From positions 32,001 through 96,000 of the IMG/VR virus record IMGVR_UViG_3300020383_000006: 64,000 nt of DNA. One strand, 5' to 3'. The notes beneath the pieces were generated by a model, which was not told the origin of the DNA, ran no database searches, and saw only the letters and a list, made by a program, of their open reading frames with translations. Below, piece by piece: positions 45,372 through 55,438 of this stretch. The number at the start of each line of letters is the position of its first letter. The stretch's first letter is position 1. A program made the translations under genes and the position numbers. The stretch comes from a virus.

Positions 45372-46778
45372 ATGGTTTCTTTTGAAGACACTCTGTTTAA
45401 ATCTCTTTTGTATGATAGCAATTATGTTAGAAAAGTTTTACCGTACCTTGATGATTCATATTTTGACGGTAGCAGAAAAACATTATTCAATATCTACAAA
45501 AATTTATTTGATGAGTATAATGAAGTCCCGACCCTTGAAGCAATAGGCGTAGTCTTACAAAAAAGTCCAGTCGGGGAATCTGAATTTGAGGAAATTGCTG
45601 AACTACTTACAACATGCCATAAAAATAGAAAAGATTTACCAAATACAGAATTCCTAGTTAAGGAAACTGAAGAGTATTGTAGAGATAAAAAATTATACGA
45701 TTCAATTTACCAATCCATTTCGATTTTAGAAGATGAAAAGTCAAACAAAAATTCTATACCTGATTTATTAGAAGATGCGTTGTCTATATCGTTTGACACT
45801 TCTATTGGTATGGATTTTTTCGAAGATGCGGAAAAGCGATATGAAGCCTATACAGCTGAAGACGCAAGAATTCCTTTTCCACTTAACGCATTAAACCGTT
45901 TATCCAATGGCGGTCACAAAAAGAAGTCATTGAGTTGCGTGTTAGCAGGAACAAACACGGGTAAATCTGCTCTTATGTGTTATCTTTGTGGTGAGTTTTT
46001 AAGAAGAGGATTAAATGTACTGTATATTTCTTTAGAAATGGCTGAAGAGGATGTTCAAGAACGTATTGAAGCTAACTTACTGAACGTTTCTACTGATGAA
46101 CTTAAAAAGTTGACTAAAGAACAGTACATGGGTAAAATTAGGAATTTACAAAGTAAAACAAACGGCAAATTTGTTGCTAAAGAATACCCTACCTCGGCTG
46201 GTCACGTTGGTCATTTTAGACACTTGATAAAAGAACTGAAACAAAAGAAAAAGTTTGAACCTGATTTCATATTTGTAGATTACATTAATATTTGCGCATC
46301 TTATCGTATTAGTGCCCAAGGTAGTAACTCATACAGTTACATTAAGGCGATTGCCGAAGAACTGCGTGGATTGTCTATGGAAATGAATACGCCTATTATG
46401 ACGGCAACTCAGGTTAATCGAAGCGGTATGGATAAATCACCTGAAATGACTGATACTTCAGATTCATTCGGTTTGCCTATGTCACTTGATTTCTTTATAT
46501 CATTGTCCCAAAATGAGGTTCACCAAGAAAACGGTCAACAATTAATCAATTGTATAAAAACCCGTTGGGGTAACAAATCAAAAATTAAACCTGAGTTAGT
46601 TAATATTGATTGGGATAAAATGCGATATAGTGATATTGATAGCGCAACTTCGGTTGCTTCTAAAGTAGGCAACAATAAGCCTAAAACAAGCAAAGGTTCT
46701 AATGAGAGTTCTACTGGCAGTTCATTGAGAGATAAAAAGAAACGTAAAGGTTCTTCAGCAGAATTTCAATGGGAATAG
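45372..46778 (+). CDS. 41: replicative helicase gp41
   Basis: AGTNTGKS, ISLEMAE, KEYPT, VDYINI, IAEELRGL, TATQVNR. Confidence 0.95.
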   Translation: MVSFEDTLFKSLLYDSNYVRKVLPYLDDSYFDGSRKTLFNIYKNLFDEYNEVPTLEAIGVVLQKSPVGESEFEEIAELLTTCHKNRKDLPNTEFLVKETEEYCRDKKLYDSIYQSISILEDEKSNKNSIPDLLEDALSISFDTSIGMDFFEDAEKRYEAYTAEDARIPFPLNALNRLSNGGHKKKSLSCVLAGTNTGKSALMCYLCGEFLRRGLNVLYISLEMAEEDVQERIEANLLNVSTDELKKLTKEQYMGKIRNLQSKTNGKFVAKEYPTSAGHVGHFRHLIKELKQKKKFEPDFIFVDYINICASYRISAQGSNSYSYIKAIAEELRGLSMEMNTPIMTATQVNRSGMDKSPEMTDTSDSFGLPMSLDFFISLSQNEVHQENGQQLINCIKTRWGNKSKIKPELVNIDWDKMRYSDIDSATSVASKVGNNKPKTSKGSNESSTGSSLRDKKKRKGSSAEFQWE

Positions 46779-46797
46779 GTTATAAAAACTTGTTCCT

Positions 46798-46820
46798 TTA
46801 TAACTAATCGTTATTATACT
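46798..46820 (+). promoter_or_regulatory. repeated promoter/operator motif, copy 3
   Basis: Identical to 18545-18567. Confidence 0.6.
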
Positions 46821-46889
46821 TTTATCATTTGTTTTATTATAATGAATTCAAGTTAAGGAATTAATCTCAAACCTGAGGAAGTTTATATT

Positions 46890-47108
46890 ATGAAAAACCC
46901 GTACCCATTTCTTCTTTCTTTCAAAAAGAAATTTACCCGTGATGCTACTCTTTACAAGAAAGGCGAAGTATCTAAAGAACAACAAATTGGTATGGTTAGT
47001 ATTGAAGAAGCAGAACGCTATATTGATGTGGTTAATAACCAAAATGAAATGGGTAATCTAGAATATAAAATTGAAGATTATACTATCGTAGAAAAAGAGG
47101 AAGCTTAA
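46890..47108 (+). CDS. hypothetical protein
   Basis: GAGGA RBS; ORF track. Confidence 0.6.
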   Translation: MKNPYPFLLSFKKKFTRDATLYKKGEVSKEQQIGMVSIEEAERYIDVVNNQNEMGNLEYKIEDYTIVEKEEA

Positions 47109-47112
47109 GATT

Positions 47113-47310
47113 ATGAAAAATAATCTAACCAGTGAAGAAATTGAATTGATTTATGAAGGTACTTGCAGAACCCGTCGTTCCGTTAACGATCAAGGTGAAA
47201 AATGTATTTCCTACTTCAAACCAGGACATGGAAATATTACTTCCCCAATTAATGAATTACCTTCAACGGTGTATAATCGTCGATTAAACTTATTAAGGAA
47301 TTCTGATTAA
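47113..47310 (+). CDS. hypothetical protein
   Basis: ORF track. Confidence 0.55.
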   Translation: MKNNLTSEEIELIYEGTCRTRRSVNDQGEKCISYFKPGHGNITSPINELPSTVYNRRLNLLRNSD

Positions 47311-48014
47311 TGGATATTTCCGAGTTGGAAGGGATCACCTTACCAAATTTAGTTAAATTCAAATTTGAAGGTGACCCCGTTTCAGAAGAAACCGCTAAAG
47401 ATTTTATACTTAAAACTGACCCAAGGCTTTTCTATAAAGAAGAGCTTTCTGGAATCATTAATGAGTTTTTACAGGAAAAATCGGGTTTCACTGAACCTCA
47501 AATTGATGCTTGGTTGAGGGATGACTTTTATGAGTTATCTGAACAAGAAAGGTTAAATCAGTTAGTAGATTTATCTGATTACCTAATGTCAGAGTACGGG
47601 ATAATTGAACTCAAAACTTTAGCCAGTAATTACATTTATTCTAAAGACGAAGAATACGGTGGTTATGGGTTAATAAACCCGAAAGGATTTATATTAGGAG
47701 AATTTCATTTAGGTAGTGAACATTCTTTTGACATTTATGACGTTCATGGTGACTTAGTAAAAATTGTATCTAATTTTAACCTAGATTTTAAACTGAGCCT
47801 TTACAATGAAGATGAATCTACTTTGTACGGAACTTTTATTTGTTCAGGGGATAGTATTGAGTTTGAACCAAATTTAAATCCAGTTATTGTCGATACTGGT
47901 CGAAGTAAAGTTTACAACCAAGTTGATAATTTGGGCGTACCGAGTCCTTGGGTATCAGAAATGTTATATTGGATTCGTACTAGAATTAAAAGAACTTTGG
48001 GGATTAGGTTATGA
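47310..48014 (+). CDS. hypothetical protein
   Basis: ORF track; TAATG coupling. Confidence 0.65.
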   Translation: MDISELEGITLPNLVKFKFEGDPVSEETAKDFILKTDPRLFYKEELSGIINEFLQEKSGFTEPQIDAWLRDDFYELSEQERLNQLVDLSDYLMSEYGIIELKTLASNYIYSKDEEYGGYGLINPKGFILGEFHLGSEHSFDIYDVHGDLVKIVSNFNLDFKLSLYNEDESTLYGTFICSGDSIEFEPNLNPVIVDTGRSKVYNQVDNLGVPSPWVSEMLYWIRTRIKRTLGIRL

Positions 48015-48256
48015 ATAATTTTGACTTTGATTTACTTAAAGAAAAAGAACTTATTGTAGTTGAGCATTATGGTTCTTTACCTAGTAACCCAATTAAACGT
48101 TTTCTTTGTATGGTTAACAAAAAATACAAAGAAAAATATGTTACCTTGATTAAAGATGAAGAAGTTATTGTTCATGGCGAATACGTATTAATGAACCATA
48201 ACACAACCTTAAAGTTGATTGAAATCATTGAAAATAGCTTACCAGAAGAACGCTAA
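48011..48256 (+). CDS. hypothetical protein
   Basis: ORF track; ATGA coupling. Confidence 0.55.
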   Translation: MNNFDFDLLKEKELIVVEHYGSLPSNPIKRFLCMVNKKYKEKYVTLIKDEEVIVHGEYVLMNHNTTLKLIEIIENSLPEER

Positions 48257-48333
48257 AGGTTTTTTATGGGTTATGGTAAGTAACCCTATTATTTTATTTT
48301 TATTATTGCTTAAAACATCTATGAGGAACTATT

Positions 48334-48780
48334 ATGATTACTATTGAAGAAGCCATCAAAGAAGCTAATTCTGAAGAACAAACTATGATTGACCCACGTT
48401 CTTTAGTGCGTTTGTCCCAGTTCATGACAGTTGAACAAATTGAAGAAGCTGGGTTAGAATTTAATTCAGAAGAAGCAAAACAAAATCACGAACCTAAACC
48501 TTTTACGGAAGAAGCTGTTATTCAACAATTAAAAAATGATGTTGAATTTGGTTTTGAAAAGGCATTAAACAAACGCGGAATCTCTGCAAGCCTTATGTTT
48601 CAAGTCGTTATGTTCTGGAATTATGTTCTTCAAAATGAATTAAAAGACTTTGATGAAAATAATTATGCTCAATACGGTTTACCGTTGTTCAAACAAACGG
48701 CAGTATTATATGGGTTTGAAAATCCTATTGGTGATGATGATGGTGATGAATTTGATTATTCATCAGAAGCTGATTGGTGA
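48334..48780 (+). CDS. conserved phage hypothetical protein
   Basis: DVEFGFEKALNKRGISASLM..YAQYGLPLFK. Confidence 0.7.
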   Translation: MITIEEAIKEANSEEQTMIDPRSLVRLSQFMTVEQIEEAGLEFNSEEAKQNHEPKPFTEEAVIQQLKNDVEFGFEKALNKRGISASLMFQVVMFWNYVLQNELKDFDENNYAQYGLPLFKQTAVLYGFENPIGDDDGDEFDYSSEADW

Positions 48781-48790
48781 AGTTGGTTAT

Positions 48791-48976
48791 GATCCTCTGG
48801 GTCAATAAAGAATCGAAGCGAGGGAATAATTTTATTCCCTACCTATCGAAGTGCGGGTGAAAGAACCGTTGCTCTTTAAATTCTTATGCCTTTTATTTGG
48901 GCGTTTAAAGAATGTTGTTGACTGTAGGAATAGACTACACGTGGTTGAAAAGACACATTACGAACCTTACTTCGCC
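48791..48976 (+). ncRNA. candidate multi-stem structured RNA
   Basis: At least five hairpins plus long-range CGAAGT/ACTTCG pairing in a 230-nt intergenic gap. Confidence 0.5.
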
Positions 48977-49009
48977 ACACAATTCTTAAAATAAAGGAAA
49001 TTTTCGTTT

Positions 49010-49264
49010 ATGAGTAAAAAATCAAAAGCCGAAAAACAAGAAGAAACTAGGGTATTGGCTGGGAAATTAACTTCAAACGTAATTGAAACTTGGGAAACGG
49101 TTGGTGCATCATTAACTGAAGCGCCTATTAAGTATGATCCTGAACTTGACATGGTTGCAGTGATTTACCCAAACAAAATTAATTTATTTTTTAATCGTGA
49201 TGATTCAGGATTCAAAGAACCATATCCTTGTTGGTTTGAGGAATCATTAGAAATTCCAAGATAA
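49010..49264 (+). CDS. hypothetical protein
   Basis: AAGGA RBS; ORF track. Confidence 0.6.
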   Translation: MSKKSKAEKQEETRVLAGKLTSNVIETWETVGASLTEAPIKYDPELDMVAVIYPNKINLFFNRDDSGFKEPYPCWFEESLEIPR

Positions 49265-49266
49265 AG

Positions 49267-49294
49267 AAAAGGGACTTCTTAAAGTCCCTTTTTT
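49267..49294. terminator. bidirectional intrinsic terminator between convergent blocks
   Basis: AAAAGGGACTT-CTTA-AAGTCCCTTTTTT. Confidence 0.7.
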
Positions 49295-51078
49295 ATTACC
49301 AGTTTATACCTTAATGAACCTGCATCATATATTCTAAGAAACCCATTCTTCCTCATATTTTGGTATTCAGTTAAAGATTCATCGTATTTATCTAATTTTT
49401 CTTCTAATTTATGTTTCATGAATTTATTTCGTGAATGTCGTTTACCATCATAATAAAAGTAATTAGGGTTCGTCATTCCGTTATATTCAAACCCATTTTT
49501 CTCATACATTATTCCATTACCGTAGTCTAATGACACATAAGTATGTATAATTGATGGATTATGTTTTCTTATAAAAGATTTAAGCAACTTTCCGAAGCCA
49601 CCTACGCAATTCAGCGAGGCATACCTAATAATTTCGTATTCGTCCTTACAGGAAGGATTTAACCCTAAAACGGATACGAGCTTACCTTCATAAATTAAAC
49701 CATAATAATATTTTGCGTCACGTGAACCTTGAATATGTGTTTTTTCTAAAAATGGAAAATATTCTTCTTTTGTTAATTTAACAACTGAACATTTTCTAGC
49801 ATAATATCGTTCATTTGATTTACCACACATATGTAATATTTTAGATTTAATCACTTCAGGTTTTTGTTCCCACCAATCTTCATACACATGGATAATTCTA
49901 TATCCTTTATCTAAAACCTCAAGGGATTTATTTTGATGGTAATTCCTATCACCTTTCATTTCAAACGAATGCCAAAACATGCCGTTAAATTCTATAACGA
50001 TTTTATGTTCAGGTATAATGATATCACATTCTTTGGGTGAAATTAATGAACGGTCATTTGGAATGTAATCAATATTGTTTTCTTCTAGAAATTTTCTAAC
50101 TTCCATTTCTTTTGATGAAACAGAATAAGAATTTTTCCTATCTATACCTAAAGCAATCATTGCTTGTAAAACAGTTCTATGAGAACCAACTCCAATTACT
50201 TCAGCAATTTTCCTAGAACATTGATACTTTTCGTATAATTCTAACAATAATTGTTTATTTGTTAATGCTTCTATAATTTCATCAGTAAAATGTATTTTAG
50301 AATAATTGTCATGCCCGTATCGTTCTTGGTTTGTTTCAATAACTTTTTGGAGTATATCCTTAGACTGAAGTGGGCGTTCAACACCATGATTTTGTAAACA
50401 AGTACCTTTTGATTTATCTAATATTTCAGGTGATTGTAATACATGGTTAACACCATATTTTTCAAGAACAGTTTCGGTGGATTTTTCTTTAGTAGATTCT
50501 AATTGAAATACGTTATCAACACCATATCTTTCATTTACGGAATCTACTCTATTTTGTTTAACTTGTTCACTTGAACGATAATCTTCTACACCATATTTTT
50601 CTTTTGAAGTTTGTTTAACTTTTTCTTTAAACTCATTAGAAGTAAAAACGTGTTCAGAACCATAACGTTCTTTATTTGTTTGTTTAATCTTTTCTTTAAT
50701 AGAATCATCTTTCATATGGTGACCACCATATTTTTCTGATGAAATTTTTCTAGCATTTTCTGATGAACATTTAACTGAACAGAATTTAGCAAAACCGCCT
50801 TTTTTATAATAAGGGGATTGTTTATCTATTCCCTTTGGTAAAATATTACCGCATGAGCATTTTGGAATTGAATTTATTTCATACAAAACGCAATATAATC
50901 TTTGAACCAAAGGTACGTTATTATATTGTTCATCTAAGAAAGAAGTTTTGATCAATAATTCTTTAACAAAATTTGTATGTTTACTGGAACGAATTTCCCT
51001 TCCATTAGGGTAATTATTTTCAATGATATATTCTTTCAAGTTCATATTATAATTCTGGTTCTTTATAAGATCATTCAA
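49279..51078 (-). mobile_element. free-standing putative homing endonuclease (repeat DNA-binding region + PD-(D/E)xK/Vsr-like domain)
   Basis: Repeated T.KERYG/EKYGV units; SSKEMEV..ECDIIIPEHKIVIEFNGMFWHS; IHVYEDWW; directly after gene 23. Confidence 0.8.
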
Positions 51079-51111
51079 TTATACCTTAATTTATTGGTGT
51101 TTTATAGGCAT

Positions 51112-51137
51112 AAAAAAGAGGAGCCAAAAGGCTCCTC
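51112..51137 (-). terminator. intrinsic terminator after the major capsid gene
   Basis: GAGGAGCC-TTTT-GGCTCCTC-TTTTTT. Confidence 0.85.
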
Positions 51138-51172
51138 AAGTTAGCTATGAATTATTATTGTTATAATTCAGA

Positions 51173-52453
51173 TTAGCCTTTAAGGTTAGTTACCGCGAAT
51201 TTACGGAAGTATTGGTTTTCACCTTGACCTAAACCTTTACCAGCTTTAGCAGAACCGTTAGCTTGGGTTTCAACGAAAGGATTCGCCTTAATACCGTAAC
51301 GAGTCTGGAAACCGATACGTGGCTGGAAGCTATCTTCCGCAGTAGCACGTACCATTTCTAGTGGAACGTATGGGCACCAGTATACGCCAGCATCCCAAGC
51401 GTTTTGACCTTTATAACCCAATGTGATATAATCACGAGTTGCATAAGGGTCAACGTGAACTTGATAACGACCAAGCAAGATACCTGCAAAGGTGTTAGAA
51501 GTAACGTCAACGTTCAAGCGAGAAGCCAACTCAGGGTTGTAATCCAATACGCCAGCCATGTTCAATGCAGAAGCAACGTTAGCTGAACAGATTACGCGGT
51601 TTGCTTTACCACGACGAGTTGAAATTGCGATTGCGTTAGCTTCAAGTTCAAGTTGGAACATAAGCCCTTTGAACTTCTCAACCAACCAACGACCGTCAGA
51701 GTCAGCAGAAAGGTCAAACATACCTGGAGTTGCAGCATCTTGAGCACCAATTTGTGCTGAAGTGTTGATTGTACGTAACAACTCACGGTCTTGTTCCGCT
51801 ACAATTTCAGTAGAAAGAACGTTAGCCAATTCACTTTCAGCGTCCAAGTTGTGGATTTGCTTCAAGTCGTGACGCAGTTCGTGGGTGAAAGAAGCTTTCA
51901 ATTTACGTGCTTTAGTTGAAACGTCAGTACGCTCAATTGAGAACGTCATTTCTTGCCAAGGATCGCCAGCTGTTGTACCAAGTTCTTCAGCTGCATTAGT
52001 TGACATACCAGTACCAGTAGAAGTACCTTCTGAAGGATCGCCTGTACCGAAGAAATCAGCAGGGAAACCTGAAGTATCACCAGCTTGAGTTCCAGCACCA
52101 GAGTGCGCAGTATTCGCTTCGTCGTGTAATGCTTCAGCGCCAGTTTGTGAAGTATAACGAGCACGCATAGCGAAGATTGAACCAGTTGGTCCAGATAGTG
52201 GTTGAACGCCAGCTAAATCAAAAGCCATAAGCTGAGGACCAGCACGACGAACCATACGGATCAATACTGGATCCCAGTTTGAAACACCACCAGTTTGAGT
52301 AGAATGCTCAGAAGATTCGTTCATGCCTTGCATAAATTTGATCTGATTCGTAAGCATTGACTCAGTTACGTATTTTTTGTGACTTTCACCGATCTGAGGG
52401 AACTTTTCGCTCTCAATCAGCTCATTCACTTTTTCAGTAATCATATTATCCAT
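51173..52453 (-). CDS. 23: major capsid protein gp23
   Basis: DPVLIRMVRR, GVQPLSGPTG, YWCPYVPL, FQPRIGFQTRYG. Confidence 0.97.
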   Translation of the reverse strand: MDNMITEKVNELIESEKFPQIGESHKKYVTESMLTNQIKFMQGMNESSEHSTQTGGVSNWDPVLIRMVRRAGPQLMAFDLAGVQPLSGPTGSIFAMRARYTSQTGAEALHDEANTAHSGAGTQAGDTSGFPADFFGTGDPSEGTSTGTGMSTNAAEELGTTAGDPWQEMTFSIERTDVSTKARKLKASFTHELRHDLKQIHNLDAESELANVLSTEIVAEQDRELLRTINTSAQIGAQDAATPGMFDLSADSDGRWLVEKFKGLMFQLELEANAIAISTRRGKANRVICSANVASALNMAGVLDYNPELASRLNVDVTSNTFAGILLGRYQVHVDPYATRDYITLGYKGQNAWDAGVYWCPYVPLEMVRATAEDSFQPRIGFQTRYGIKANPFVETQANGSAKAGKGLGQGENQYFRKFAVTNLKG

Positions 52454-52494
52454 TTTAAAACCTCTTGAATGAGAATTAATTAACCGTTATTAAT

Positions 52495-52502
52495 TATTTA
52501 TA
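52495..52502 (-). promoter_or_regulatory. T4 late promoter (gene 23)
   Basis: TATAAATA; others at 53301-53308, 57304-57311 and 63190-63197. Confidence 0.7.
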
Positions 52503-52513
52503 TAAATTGAAAT

Positions 52514-53260
52514 TTAAACTCGAGACATTACGCTGTCTAACCAAGAATTAGTTGGTTGATTCTGATTATTTTGCTCATTAAGCGTGTTATCTGAATCTTC
52601 TTTACTATTTTCTTGACCAGGAGCTAAAGACTCTTTTAAATCTTCCAATGCGCCTTTATACTGTGACTCATCAATGAATTTAACTTTAGAAGCCATTTCC
52701 TGAAGTTTTTCACGTTTAGTCTCAGTCATGTCCTCAGAAACGGTTTCAAATACTTTAGAGCGTTTAGACTCAGTAATTGTCGCTTCCAATTCAGTTTGCT
52801 TGTCTAATAGCTTATCAATTTTCTGATTAGCTTCAGCAAGATTTTGATTTGCTTTATCCAATTCATTTTCTGAACCATGAGGAACTTGAACGTTGAATTG
52901 TTCAGCAATACTACCTAAACCACCAAGGAAACTTTCAGCAAGTTTAACCTTGATACCGTTGTCGACAGCCAGTTTGTTTTCAGACATAAACTCTGAAGCG
53001 GCATGATCAACATATTTACCAATTTGAGGAATAACTTCTTCGTTAATATATTGTTCCGTTTTGTCTTCCATCTCGGTAACAACATATTCTGAATAGTTTT
53101 CGGCCAATGCTGAATACTTATCTTCAGCCTTAGCTTCCTCTTCAGTTCTAATTTCTTCTCGGGCTTCAGAAATCTGATTTTCCAAGACCTTAGAAACCTT
53201 CGTTTTAAAGTCTTCACTGATTTCAACGCCATCGAAGATTTTCATTAGATCTTCGTTCAT
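52514..53260 (-). CDS. 22: prohead scaffold gp22
   Basis: ISEDFKTK, ENKLAVDNGIK; synteny. Confidence 0.88.
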   Translation of the reverse strand: MNEDLMKIFDGVEISEDFKTKVSKVLENQISEAREEIRTEEEAKAEDKYSALAENYSEYVVTEMEDKTEQYINEEVIPQIGKYVDHAASEFMSENKLAVDNGIKVKLAESFLGGLGSIAEQFNVQVPHGSENELDKANQNLAEANQKIDKLLDKQTELEATITESKRSKVFETVSEDMTETKREKLQEMASKVKFIDESQYKGALEDLKESLAPGQENSKEDSDNTLNEQNNQNQPTNSWLDSVMSRV

Positions 53261-53329
53261 TTTCTTGACCTCGCTTTATGAAAATAACTCATATAAACTA
53301 TATTTATATGTACTATAAATTAAAATTAT

Positions 53330-53749
53330 TTACTGTATGGAACTTAGAATAGTTTCTTTATTCTTTTTAATTGATCTTTCTATCTTTTTAAATAAATTTT
53401 CAACGCTTTTAGAAGAAGAAACGGTTCTTATATCGTATAATCTAAACCCTTTCCACTCAGCCACTAATTTATCAGCCAAACGCATACCAGAAATATGAGT
53501 TTCACCTTTTTCATGACCATATATTTCTAAAGTAGCAAATTTTCCACTTTGACCAATTAGATTAATTTTCATTAAATCTGAATGAAATTCCCCATCCTTT
53601 ACTTTTACTTTTATTCCATCTTGATCAAATATTTTTGGGAATAATTTCATAGCTTCTTTTTTTGCTGATGAAAATAGTTCATTTTTATTATTGCGAAAAT
53701 CAAATGTTCCTGTTGGGGATTCATTCAGAAATTCTTTAAACGTTTTCAT
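53330..53749 (-). CDS. putative internal head protein (CTS-like MKTFKEFLNE)
   Basis: N-terminal motif; inserted between genes 21 and 22. Confidence 0.7.
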   Translation of the reverse strand: MKTFKEFLNESPTGTFDFRNNKNELFSSAKKEAMKLFPKIFDQDGIKVKVKDGEFHSDLMKINLIGQSGKFATLEIYGHEKGETHISGMRLADKLVAEWKGFRLYDIRTVSSSKSVENLFKKIERSIKKNKETILSSIQ

Positions 53750-53752
53750 TGT

Positions 53753-54229
53753 TTATAAAAACCTCTTTGCTGATTCATTTGCAAGTTTTTTAATTTTTGC
53801 TAATGTTAAACCACTTGCATCATGATTTCTATGACCTTTTACACTACCGCTAATTGAAGTTTTTTCAATTCCATTGACCACACCCCTACTATTGAATGTT
53901 AATTTGAATCTAAAAGAAACATCGACATCATCTAATGGAAATCCGTCACTACTAGAACCTCTGAATGTAGCTCTCGCATCAATAGTGGCTGAATCAGAAT
54001 GAATATTTAATTGGGAACTAATATAGCTTGTTGTTAACCTACCATTGCCAGAATTTAAACTCCAACTTAACATTTTTGCTATTTTAGAATATCCTTTTTC
54101 AAGTACTTTTAGATTAGCAATTTCTTGTGGAATTCTACCATTCAAATCATAAGTCTTATTAAAGAACTCAGGATTTTTTAAAAATTCTGGGAAATTTGAT
54201 TCATTCAAAAATTCTTTAAACGTTTTCAT
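53753..54229 (-). CDS. putative internal head protein (CTS-like MKTFKEFLNE)
   Basis: Start re-assigned to 54229 from the motif. Confidence 0.7.
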   Translation of the reverse strand: MKTFKEFLNESNFPEFLKNPEFFNKTYDLNGRIPQEIANLKVLEKGYSKIAKMLSWSLNSGNGRLTTSYISSQLNIHSDSATIDARATFRGSSSDGFPLDDVDVSFRFKLTFNSRGVVNGIEKTSISGSVKGHRNHDASGLTLAKIKKLANESAKRFL

Positions 54230-54246
54230 TATTTTAAACCTATATG

Positions 54247-54504
54247 TTACCACTGTTTAAATACATAATCATCTTTACTTAAATACCAATTTTCGGTGTT
54301 GCCGTTTTCTAATTCTACAGCAACTTCATAATTGTATCTATCTTCTCTTTCTATATCCTTTACGATCACGACAATAGGTTTTTCGAAAGAATCAGGATTA
54401 TCTACTTCAGCAGCCAAATAGCTTTTTCCTTTTCTTAATGAAGGCGGATTCATCCAACCTTCATCATTCATGTCTTCATTTAAAAAATCTTTGAATGTTT
54501 TCAT
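54247..54504 (-). CDS. putative internal head protein (CTS-like MKTFKDFLNE)
   Basis: N-terminal motif; coupled to gene 21. Confidence 0.7.
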   Translation of the reverse strand: MKTFKDFLNEDMNDEGWMNPPSLRKGKSYLAAEVDNPDSFEKPIVVIVKDIEREDRYNYEVAVELENGNTENWYLSKDDYVFKQW

Positions 54505-55148
54505 TTCTTAAGTCCTTTAACATAATCTTCTAATTTCTGAAGGAATATTCCTTCATCAAATTGATGAACAGGTTCTTGACCTTCTTTCTGAACCCAAATA
54601 CCTGATTCAGTAAGCATCCATTGCTTTGATTCGTTAATAGCGTTAACATAAGCATCAGGAGCTGAAGGGTTGTCAACACAATCGGTTGCTGTGAACATTA
54701 AATCATCTTGAACGTATTTAGTACCGTTTCTTTCTTTAAGTGACCCTAAAGCACGAGTTGAAACGCCAAGGTTAAACCCGCCTTCTAATAAACCTTTAAC
54801 GATTTCACCTTTTGGCGTATTTAAAACCAATGCTTTACCGTAGACGTCATTGCCTTGCCATTCTAATTCCTTAATAAGGATAGCCGCTTGGCTAGGATCA
54901 GCAAAAGGATATTCTGGGTGGTTTAATTCACCCAAAGCTCTACGTCTACTAACATAATCTCTGTCATAACGGTCAATAGCTTTTTCCATAACTGAACGTT
55001 CATAGAAACGACCATTACCGTTTTTGATTTCTGATTGTGCAAAGATACCCTCAATGAAAACTTGTTTACCGCTTTCGGTGTTTTCAGTAAGCATCTCAAC
55101 TTTATCAGATGATTCTACTAATAGATTGTACATTTTATTTTTATCCAT
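54501..55148 (-). CDS. 21: prohead protease gp21
   Basis: IEGIFAQ..NGNGRFY, ALGELNHP, GVSTRALGSL, VDNPSAPDA. Confidence 0.95.
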   Translation of the reverse strand: MDKNKMYNLLVESSDKVEMLTENTESGKQVFIEGIFAQSEIKNGNGRFYERSVMEKAIDRYDRDYVSRRRALGELNHPEYPFADPSQAAILIKELEWQGNDVYGKALVLNTPKGEIVKGLLEGGFNLGVSTRALGSLKERNGTKYVQDDLMFTATDCVDNPSAPDAYVNAINESKQWMLTESGIWVQKEGQEPVHQFDEGIFLQKLEDYVKGLKK

Positions 55149-55150
55149 TT

Positions 55151-55417
55151 TTATAGCCCCATAGAACTACGTTTCTTCAGAGCCTTTTTTCTTTTGTACT
55201 GTGATCTTTTCTTAGCACCTGAACCCTTTGAACGCTTAGTTCTTACTGCCTTTCTAATAGAACGTTTTTTAGAAGATTTTTCTGAACCAGACATAGGAAC
55301 ACAAGAAGTTCCTTTAGAGTTTAATTTAAACCCTTTTTTACATTTAACTCTTTTGGTCTTTTTACCTTTTGAGTTAACTCTGGTTACTTTACGCGCTTCT
55401 TCAATTTGGTCAGACAT
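55151..55417 (-). CDS. 68: basic prohead core protein gp68-like
   Basis: K/R-rich, ends KKRSSMGL; synteny 20-67-68-21. Confidence 0.75.
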   Translation of the reverse strand: MSDQIEEARKVTRVNSKGKKTKRVKCKKGFKLNSKGTSCVPMSGSEKSSKKRSIRKAVRTKRSKGSGAKKRSQYKRKKALKKRSSMGL

Positions 55418-55438
55418 AATATTTACCTCCAGTGAGGA

